DNA of 64,000 bases from the NCBI GenBank assembly GCA_013265495.1, contig MU057724.1, positions 1,069,102-1,133,101 of the forward strand. Direction: 5' to 3'. Shown in pieces: positions 23,645 to 33,290 of this stretch. Source of the DNA: Vicugna vicugna (Eukaryota). The notes under the pieces were generated by a model that searched no databases, was not told where the DNA came from, and saw only the letters and a program-made list of their open reading frames with translations. Every line of letters begins with the position of its first letter. The first letter of the stretch is position 1. A program made the position numbers and the translations under genes.

Positions 23645-25820
23645 GACCCAGGGAGAAAGAGACAATCTGTGTAGAATTACATCTTTTAAAGAGATGGAAT
23701 AACTAGTCAATAACCTTCCAAAGCAGAAGGCACCAGGCCCAGATGGGCTCACAGGTGAGTTCTACCAACATTTGAGGAAGAAATTATGGTAATTCTTTAC
23801 AGTCTTTTTCAGAGAATAGAAGTAGAGAATATACTTTCAAATTCATTTTATTAGGCCAGAGTTACCCTAATACCAAAACTAGGAAAAGACATTATAAGAA
23901 AAGTAAACTACAGACCAATATCTCTTAAATATGTAGATGGCAAATGCTAACAAAATATTAGTAAAGTGAATCCAACAATACGTATGAAAAATTATACATC
24001 ATGAATAAATATAAATAAATAAATAAACATAAATAATCCCAGGTGTACAAAGCTGGTTCAGCTTTTTAAAATCAATTAATGTAATCCACCACAAAAAATA
24101 GGCTTAAAAAGAAAAAAAAATCACATAATTATGTTGATAGATGCAGAAAATATCTGACAAAATCTAATACCCATTTATGATAAAAATTCTCAGTAAACTA
24201 GGAAAAGAGATGGAAACTTCCTCAATTTGATGAAAAAGAACCTACCAAACTCCTCCATATAGTAAACATCATATTTAATGCTGAGAAACTGGAAGTTTTC
24301 CCACTAAGATAAAGGTCAAAGTAAGGATACCTCCTTCTTTGGAAGCTCCTCCCCTCACCACTCCTTTTCAACATCATACTGGAAGTTCTAGCTAATGCAA
24401 TAAGGCAAGAAATAAATGTACACAAATTGGAAAGGAAGACATAAAACTATCTATTCACAGATAACATGATTATCTATGTTGAAATTCCAAAAGAATACAC
24501 ATGCAGAAAAATCTCTAAACTAATAGTGATTAGAGCAGAGTTGCAAGATACAAGTTTAGCATACAAAAGTAAATTGATTTCCTGTATATCAGCAGTGAAC
24601 AAGTGGAATTTGAATTTAAAACACAATGCTATTTATATTAGAACCCTCAAATTTAAAAAATATGTATAAATCTAACAAAATATGTACAAGATTTATATAA
24701 GAAAAACACCAAACTCTGATGAATGAGGTCAAAGTGGAACTAAATAAATGAAGAGATACTGATGTTAGATTTTTTCGGCATAATTATAGATTTAATGCAA
24801 TCTCAGTCAAAATCTCGGTGCTATATTGTGGATGAAGACAAACTGATTCTAAAGCTTATATGGAGACGCAAAAGGCACAGAATGGCCAACAGCATGCTGA
24901 TAGAGAAGAGCGAAGTTGAAGGACAGGCACTGTACAAGTCTGAGGCTTACTCTAAAGCCACAGTGATCAAGACAGTGTCATACAGGCAAAAGGACAGTCA
25001 AAGAGATCAGTGGAACAGAGCAGACAGCTGAGAAACAGATCCTCACTAACATATTTGCCTATTTCACATAACAAAAACACCTTTATCACTGTAAAAACTT
25101 AAGAAATTCCAAGAGTTTTGGGAGCTGTGAGCCAGGAACCATGGATGAAGACCAAATATATGTGAGAAATATATTTTGGTTATCTGAATTACCAAATGTA
25201 TTTTTTCTTACAAATACAAAATTTCAAGCAGCCTTATTCATAATTGCCACTCCAAGATATGTTTTCGTAGGTGAAGGCATAAATAAACTGTGGTACATCC
25301 AGACAGTGGAATAGTATCCAGCTGAAAGAAATGTGCCATTAAGCCAGGGAAGGACATGCATGGACTTCAAATACACATTACTAAGTGGAGGAAGCCCGTC
25401 TGTAGAGGCTGCAAACTGTGTGATTTGAACTATATGACCTTCTGGAAAAGACAAAACTACAGCGACAGATGAAAGATGAGCGGTGGCCAGTGGGTGGTGG
25501 AATAGGCAGGGCACAGAGGAACTTTAGGACAAGGAAAATCCTTGGTGTGAACCCAGAATGACTCATGCATGGCATTGTACATCAGTACAAACCCACAGAG
25601 TGTACACCAAGAGTGCACCATAATGTAGACTGTGGGCTCTGAGTGACTGTGATGTGTCAATGCAGGGTCCTCAGGGTCACAGAGGTGCCACTGGAGTGGG
25701 GGAGGTTGATACTGAAGGAAGTTATGCACTTTTAGGGACCAGGGGTACATATGAAACCTCTGTACCTTCCTCTCAGTTTTGTTGTGAACTTTAACCTAAT
25801 CTAAAAAAATTGTCTTATCT
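23645..25820 (+). mobile_element. L1MC1/2-like LINE-1: decayed ORF2 reverse-transcriptase region plus 3' UTR
   Basis: Encodes remnants KAPGPDGLTGEFYQ, NYRPISL, IDAE, PLLFNIILEVLANAIRQE, FTDNMIIY (FADD box), YSKATVIKTV..DQWNR with stops and frameshifts; 3' end 'tgatgtgtcaatgcagg...ctctgtaccttcctctcagttttgttgtgaac' is L1MC-type. Confidence 0.9.
25042..25226 (-). mobile_element. MER21-like LTR 5' fragment nested in the L1MC
   Basis: Reverse complement reads 'atatatttggtcttcatccatggttcctggctcacagctcccaaaactcttggaatttc', matching the recalled MER21 5' region. Confidence 0.7.
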
Positions 25821-26187
25821 AAAGTAAGAATTCCATGATTATAAACTTATTGTCCATAGAATATTTTCTGACAGGAAAAATACAATTAAAAATGCTATGC
25901 CAAATTATTCATTACTAAGAATTATGTGTTGAAACTATATTGAAAGTAAAACTTCAATGTAACATTAGTGGTACTCTCTGGGGAGTGGGACTGGAGCACA
26001 TGTTCTTTGCTTTCTCTTCAGTGAGAATATACGGTTTCACAAGCAGAAAATCTACTTTCAAAGCCTCCACTGCATTTTCCCCCACCTGACTTCTTCCCCT
26101 GGTGCTCACAGTGAATCCGTGGTATGATTTTCTATGCTTTATTTCTTCCTGGCTACTTTCTTTTTTCTCTGCTTGGTGCAAAATTTC

Positions 26188-26689
26188 TGTCAAAGAAAAA
26201 CCAGAGCTGGACAGTAGTTAAAGTGGCAAAGCAGACTTTAATCATGAATGTTGCAGTAAGAGAAGAGAGATCTCAGTTTAGACCTGGGCTCAGTTCCGAA
26301 TACTGCATGGACTATAAACACCCAAGGAGGGGTATGTGTGTGTGTGTGTGTGGGTGAGTGGGTGTGGGTGTTGAGGGGGGGAGTTGGAGGGTGGAAAATT
26401 ACTGAGAGGAAACATCAGGGGTGGGGGGTTCTGGCTTAACTGACTTGACAGGATTCTTGCTGAAGGCAGAGCAGGGTGATCAGACATCTCCTGAGGGATG
26501 GAGAGGGATGAAAACTAATCACCCGTAAAGGGTGACCAGAGGGCACAGAATCTCTCCAAAGTGGCTTAGCAGGGTTCTTACTAAAACTGGACTCCACAGG
26601 ACAGAGATGGAAGCCCAGCTTTGGACCTAGCTGAGCCGAGAGCTCAGAAAAGCCTGAATGGAGCTCGGTCAAGGAGAATGTCTATGTCG
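26188..26689 (-). mobile_element. MER31/MER67-like ERV1 LTR (3' LTR of a truncated provirus)
   Basis: Minus strand starts '(c)gacatagacattctccttgacc' and ends 'gtccagctctggtttttctttgaca'; ~500 bp; includes a (TG)n-rich stretch at ~26335-26370. Confidence 0.8.
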
Positions 26690-28027
26690 GCCCCTCTTCT
26701 TGCTGCTGGAAAGAAGAAATGCTCTTCTTCCACTTGAACAGCGTAACTCAATGTTCTCATTCGGCTGCTTTCTGTTCACTGAGGGCCAGCAGACCATCTG
26801 CTGGGACTTGGTAGCAGAGGATATTTGCAAGCAGTCAGGCATTCAGTGAGGGCGATTTCTATGGAAACGAAAGAAAAACAAAGATAATGGTTGGAAACCC
26901 AGTTTCTGAACCCAGAGAGTAGCCAGTATAGACGTTGGGTGTCTGAACTGTCTGCAGACAGTGGAGTGAGGACTGGGGAAGCAGCCCGCTTCCCGGTCTG
27001 CAGGGCGGACACCCTGGGGATGGCGCACGGCCCCGGATGACGGGCGCGGCTGCTGCTTGGAGAGGAGCTGAGGCTCACAGGGCTTCTCTGGAAAGTCCCA
27101 GTAAAAACCTGGGCACTCAGGTTCTAGTCCTCAGTGGCCGCAATTAAGGAAGGTGAGTGAACACTGGAAACATCCCTTTGGAGAGTTGTAGCACTAGAAG
27201 AACTGGGAACCACAAGGATTCTCTATGGTTTTCCTCTCAAACATAACTTCTTCCACAGTTATCTGCCTTCTGACTCTGTTTACAAAATAAATCTGATCTA
27301 TTAGATTTTACCTGAATATTTACAATAAGTGCAACAAAAATGGTAATTGACCACACAGTCTTTATTATTTTTTTGTCTGCTTTCCTAAAATTAAAAGAGA
27401 TGTCTCAAGTCTAGAAAGCCAGGCCAAGAACTCACCACAGATTTCACTTGCAATATCTATTGACTGAAGTGAATTCCTTTCCCCTCTAGGTCCCCAAATA
27501 TCTCAGGGTGCCCAGGCCTGCCAGGAAGTAACCTTCCACTCACCTGTGAAGTTGGGAATCCTGTACACCAGTTACCAACCCACTTTGTCCAGAGAGCTTT
27601 GTAAGCATTGGCTCCGCAAAGTCAACTTGAGCTCCTTAGGGTTGGTTTATCACATCATTCTTGAGGAGGACCTTCCAGTCAAAGCCTGGGGCATATAATC
27701 AATGTTTCCAATTATGTCCTGTTACAAAGAGAACCGAGTCTTATTTAGCTTATGCAAATAATTACATTGCCATGAAAATAAGAGCCCTTAAAAAGATTTT
27801 CCAAAGTCTGGAGGATTAGGCAGGGAGAACACAAATGTTTCCTCCTTGTTTACAATGGTGTATCTGTAAAATTGCTGTAAGTTATTAATAGCTGAAGAGA
27901 AAAAGAAAAGAATTTTCTTATATCCAGAGAATAGAACACTAAAGAACCATCAACGTTCCAAACAAAAAGCCACGATCCTCCTTTATCAGTTCACTTAGTC
28001 CTGTATAATTAATTCTTGCTCTGCTTG
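26690..28027 (-). mobile_element. MER4-group non-autonomous ERV internal region with polypurine tract
   Basis: PPT 'aagaagaggggc' on minus abuts the LTR; 'ttatgcaaataattacattgccatgaaaataag' and 'ttaattcttgctctgcttg' are typical MER4-group internal motifs. Confidence 0.75.
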
Positions 28028-28692
28028 TTGGGAAGGGTTTGGTGTAAGTTCCTCTCTGTATGTCTGGTGTAGTTCCCTCGTGAAGCCATCCAGTGCTGGG
28101 CTTTGGTTTTCAGGGAGTTTATTTTATTTATTACAGATTCTACTTCACTTCTAGTGATCAGTCTGTTCAAATGATCTATTTCTGTTTTGGTGAACTATAT
28201 GTTTCTAGAAGGCTGTCCATTTCTTCTGCGTTGTCCAGTTTGTTGGCATGTAATTGTTCATAGTATTCTCTTACGGTTTTTGTGTGTCTGCAGCAGCAGT
28301 TGGACCCACCATGGGAGCTGTGAGTCAGCCTATCCCCAGCCCAGATCCCTAGCCCTACCTCCTCGTGCGGAGCCCACAAAGCCAGCAGCAGGCCTTCCCC
28401 AGCTGCATACTTGTAATTGGCTCAGATCACCTGCAGGCACTGAGCTCACAAAGGCACCAGGGATGTAGACCCACCAAAGCCTGGTGGGACATGGTCAGAT
28501 TTCAACCCCACCTCTGCTTGGGGGCCACCTGCAGGCACTTGTGTGCTCCCAGAACTACGCCTGCTGTAAGCAAGCCAGAACGGGGCTGCGGCGGTTGGGT
28601 CCTGCCCCTCCTGCCCGGGGGTTAGCAATGGGGCTTTTTGTCTCTTCCGTGTCTCTGCTCTTTTACTGCCTCCTCTTCTACTAAGCATTTTC
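28028..28692 (-). mobile_element. Younger L1 fragment: GC-rich 5'UTR-like segment fused directly to ORF2, lacking ORF1, endonuclease and 3' end
   Basis: 28287-28028 encodes [25 protein letters not shown] and the PGPDGFTGEFYQ-equivalent region; 28692-28288 resembles camelid L1 5'UTR as recalled ('ttagcaatggggctttttgtct'). Confidence 0.75.
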
Positions 28693-28766
28693 AGTATGCT
28701 ATTTTAATTTCTCTGTTTATATTTTACCACTTTATTTTGAATTATTTCTTTATTGTTCATTTTTGG

Positions 28767-28945
28767 TAAAGTTGGCAGATTTTTTTTTCCTGTAAAGAAC
28801 CATTTGTAAATATTTTAGACTCTGTAGGCTGTATGTTCTTTGCTGCAACTCTGCTGTTGTACTTTGAGAACAGTCATCATCCATACGTGAATGAAGAAGC
28901 AGGTGGTGGGCCAGGTCTGCTCTGTTGGTTGAATCTTGTGCCCTC
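28767..28945 (+). mobile_element. MER58A-like MITE
   Basis: 'gttggcagattttttttcctgtaaagaaccatttgtaaatattttagactctgtaggc' and 'gcaggtggtgggccagg'. Confidence 0.7.
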
Positions 28946-30490
28946 AAGTTTTAGGGGTCACACTGTGTATATTAACTTGTTACAACTTAACTCAGAGCCA
29001 CCATAACTCTGTTATGGTAAAATGTAGAAATTTGCTCCAGTATCTCTCCCTGTCCTCCACTCCTTTTGTGTTAATATAATTGTATCATATCTGTATGTTA
29101 TAAGGCCCCCCAAAAAGTGTGATCATTATTGCTTTATACTATCTTATGTCTTTCAAATAGGTTAGTAGGAGAAAGAGAATATAAATTTATAGTCTTTTAT
29201 ATACAGCCGTATAATTACTGTCCCAGCACGCATATCTTTCTGTCAGTTTGAATTACTCTATTATTTCCTTTCATTCTAAAGGATTTATTTTAGTATTTCT
29301 TGTCAGTCAGGTCTAGTAGTGACAGATTTTTTTAGTCCTTTTTATTTCTGAAATTGTCTACATTTTGCCTTCATTTTTGAAGGTAAGTTTTGCTGGTTAT
29401 GAAAGTCTTAGTTGGCAGTACTTTTCTGTTATCAATTTGAGTATAATGAGAGATTTTTTTGCTTGTTACTTGTGATAAGTCAGCCATTGAGCGTGTTGTG
29501 TGTGACTGATCATTTATCTCTCGCTGCTAACACAGTTTTCTTTTTCTTTAGTTTTCAACAGTTTGACTGATGTGTCCAGATGTTACTCTTTGTCTTTATT
29601 CTGTTTGGGATTTATTTGTTTTCTTAAATCTGTGGATTAAAGTTTCCCATTATATTTAGGAATTTGAGTTATTATTTCTTCATGCATTTTCCCTTCTATT
29701 TCTCTTTCTCCTGTGGCTCAGTTTCATGTTTACTGTGCTTGACATTTTCCCTCAGGTTTTTAAAGCTTTGCAAATTTTTATTTAATCTTTCTCCTTGTTC
29801 TTCGGACTGGGTAATTTATTTTACTTTAAATTCAATGTTGCTGATTCTTCTTCTCACATCTAAAATTTTCTGTTAAGCTCAACTAGAGAATTTATTTTAG
29901 CCATTGTACTTTTTACCAATTTTCAGTTGGTTCTTTTTTAAAAAATGATGTCTATGCTTGTTGAGATTCTCTATTGTTGAGCCATTGCATTCTCCTTAAA
30001 TTCTTTAGATGTTATCTCCATTAGCTCTTTGGATGTATTCATGAGCGCTCCCTTGAAGTTTTGGCTGCAGTGCACATCTAGTGGGAGTCAGAAGAAATAC
30101 ATGTGGACCTTTATTTTTTCTAAGTTTTAGTTATACTTTGTTTCTTTTCATGTTCAAACATTTGTTTTTGCTTAATAATGAACGTTTTTATAATTTATTT
30201 TAGCAGCACTGGATTCTGACTTTCCACTGAGTGTTGTCATTGTGTTTGTTTCTTTACTTGTTTTGCAACTTGCTAGGACCAATTTATGAACGTTTCTTCC
30301 CTGTGATGTGCCTGGTTATTCCTCTACTCAGTCTTTTGTTGTTTTCTTTTTAAGTCTGGATCACGACTGATAATTGCTCTTTGAATAGTTTAAGGTTCAT
30401 CTTAATCTTGACAAAAAATATGCTTAGACTGTTAGCCAGTGAAGTCTCTGGTCTCTGTTGCAAGGTTAACGTTTGATCTGGAGACAGTTT

Positions 30491-30656
30491 TTATTTTTTA
30501 AATTTTTATTTAAAATTTTTTTAAATTTTTTTTTGGGAGGGGAAGGTAATTAGGTTTATTTTTATTTATTTATTTTTTAATGGAAGTCCTGGGGATTGAA
30601 GCCAGGACCTCATGCATGCTAAACACACACTCTACCACTGAGCTAGACCCTCCCCC
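30491..30656 (-). mobile_element. Vic-1-type camelid tRNA-derived SINE with TSD
   Basis: Minus strand: GGGGAGGGTCTAGCTCAGTGGTAGAG (A box)...GAGGTCCTGGCTTCAATCCCCAG (B box)...AAATAAACCTAATTACC + A-rich tail; TSD GGAGACAGTTT (30480-30490) / GGAGAGAGTTT (30659-30669). Confidence 0.9.
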
Positions 30657-33147
30657 AGGGAGAGAGTTTCTAAATGTCAGGCCATCATGAAGCTTCCCTG
30701 GCTGCTTCTAGTGGACTCTATTGTGCCCCCCTGCACATACACACAGGTTTCTTTTGCCAGGATGTTTGGGTGTTTTAGTGTCTCCTGGCCTCTGCTGTAC
30801 ACACACTGACGCCTTCCTCAAAGTCGGGAATGTGTGGGTAGCTTTTCAAGTCCCCACGGCTGTCTCAACTTCTTTAGCATCCTCTTAACCCCATGCTACT
30901 CCTACAGCCCGCTCTTTGCCCGAATACGACCTTGGTCTCAAGCTACTAGAGTCCTGGCCTCTCCAGTTCCCACTAAGATTTGCCAGTGTAACTGCCCATG
31001 CCGCCAGTCTTCATGGCCTGTTCCACTAAGACAACAGAACAAGGACAGTCTCAGACAAAACAGCCGCAGACTGTTGGGTGCTCTTTTCACTGTCCTTAGC
31101 TGAAGGTTTGTAGTCTCCAGGAATAACACTTCTCAGCCAGTTATATGACTTTGGTCAGATTTCAGAACTCTGCAATAGCTGATTTTGATCATTTTTCCAG
31201 CTTTGTAGTTGATTTTTAAGAGGAAGACGTGTCTATTCATGCCAGAAGTCAGAACAACATTTTATACAAATGCTTATATAAAAAGCTTGAGGCACTTCGA
31301 CAGTTTTTCCTTTCAAATCTGTTGTTCAATAGTTGAAGTCGATTTTGTGCCCAAAGGTTACCCCATGAGGCCACATTTAATCAAACACTGCAGACATAGT
31401 CCAAGCCTTTCAGTGAGAGAAGTGGCTTATAATGAAGAGCAGTAAGGCCACTGGAAGCCAGTACTGACTTCATCCCTAGTGTACAAATCCAGGTCTTAAA
31501 CGTGTGAATTTTACATAAAGCATCATATTCTTTCACTGCCAGAATTCTATTCATCAGAAACGGTGCATGGTGCATCTAAGCTGTAAGATTATTTAAGCAG
31601 CCACTTCAAGCATTTGTTTGATTTGTGTGCTAATATTTCGCTGTTTCCCTAATACAGATATATATCTGTGTCATGATATATTACTGTTTCTTGGGAAAAA
31701 ATTAACTGCCAGAATGATGGAGCTATGTTTGCTTATGCTTTTCATTTGCTCAATGCATCAAGCTGGCCTACTACCCAGTCAGTAATTTTACAATATCTTA
31801 TTATTATTCAATATTGTGAATCTTTGGTTCTGCAGATAATATCACATGGCTTTCTTTAATCTACAATTACTAGAAAAAGACACTACACACCAATTTAATG
31901 CCTTCTTGACCGTCCTCAATATGTGGATGTCACTTTTATTGATAATTTTTTTAAACTCTAAGTGTCTCATTCTTAGAACCTTAAACACACAAAATATTTT
32001 ATGTACATTTTCATTCTAAATTGAATATATACTCCAACACCCATCTATCTCTTAAAGACCGTCACTATGCCTGATACTGGATGGTTCTTCTGGAGAGAAT
32101 ACTGAGCTAAATATTATGTAGTGATACAACATCTTTAAATACACTGTAATTTTCCCCCAAATCTGGATGACCAGAATTTACATGACTTTGGATACGTTAC
32201 TTTTGAATCTCTGCTTTAATTGCTTTGTGATTCAAGTGAGAGTAAACAATTGTACTATCAATGCCTAGAATTACTAATTATGAACATATTTGTAATTATA
32301 ATTGATTATGAGTATGTTTATAATTTTTACATGTATTACTAAAGGTACACTCTCAAGTAATATGATGCAATAGCAGGAAGCCAGTTCACAACATTTTCAT
32401 GTTATAAAGTAATTATGGAGGAAATTGGATGAAACCTCTTAAACATTTTTTCAAATAATTTTTCTTTCATAATTAAAATTATACATGAAAATTGTAGAAT
32501 ATTTAGGACACACAGAAAATGTATGCAAGTCAAAGCAACTCAATAATCCCACCAAGGAGAGCAGTGAGTCTTCAGAGGAAAGCTCATCGGTCGCTGAAAC
32601 GCTCCTTCGTTTCTCAGCAGCTGTATCTGTGTGCTTTTGAAGTTAACAGTTCATAAAACTGACTTCCTTCTCCCTTTTTCCTTCTTCCCTTCCTCCCACA
32701 TCATACGCTGAGCACAGAAGGTTCTGAGCACTGCAGCCGGCCCTGGGGAGGCTGTCTGGTAACTCAGCATAGTCTCGTCCTCATTTAGACGACGTTTTCC
32801 TGGAGGATCAGGAGCTGAAGCACCCAGAGCGAGATGCGCTCTGTGCACAGTGTGATCAGCCCCTCAGTTGTGTCTTCACATCCTCCGGCTCTTTCCCTGT
32901 TTCTTCTCTCTTCCTCTGGTGTTTAATTCATCCTGAGGTTGACTTCAGTGTCATGTCACACAGACGGTCTGTCCTGGAGTCTGGACTGAATATCTCCTGC
33001 TCGTATTCAGCAGGAGGTAAAGCACACCCAACCTCTGAGCCCGGAATGTAAACGATTCTCATCTGATGAGACCATTAAGTCACGAGTCAAACCTGGAACA
33101 GGGAAGATCTTCAGGGACTTTCATATGTTCATTCACTTACAAAACTG

Positions 33148-33290
33148 CACTCATTCATGGCTGTGCTTTAGAATTTTTGGAAAAATGTATGAAACACATG
33201 ATGCCCAGGTCCCACGCTAGACCTGTTAAATCGGAATCTCTGATGTTGGGGACTTGGCAGTTGAACTTGTGAGGGTTGCACACTTCCAGT
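33148..33290. mobile_element. MER5-like MITE remnant
   Basis: 'gatgcccaggtcccacgctagacctgttaaatcggaatctctg'. Confidence 0.55.

Larger units (their letters stand above)
28700..31255 (-). mobile_element. Ancient L1 (L1ME-like) 5' region/ORF1 remnant carrying nested MER58A and Vic-1
   Basis: T-rich antisense ORF1-like stretches ('ttgccttcatttttgaaggtaagttttgctggttatgaaagtcttagttggcag'); 5'-end motif 'gactttggtcagatttcagaactctgcaatagctgattttgatcatttttccag...gccagaagt'. Confidence 0.7.

Noticed and set aside
24222..25031. ORFs as a functional reverse transcriptase gene
   Set aside because: Fragments of a decayed L1MC ORF2 with multiple stops, frameshifts and a mutated FADD box (FTDN).
30580..30656. 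tRNA gene
   Set aside because: A/B boxes belong to the head of a Vic-1-type SINE with tail and TSD; no intact cloverleaf evident.
31333..31441. Plus-strand exon candidate VEVDFVPKGYPMRPH...
   Set aside because: Its donor end overlaps a degenerate MIR-like head and the peptide is unrecognised.
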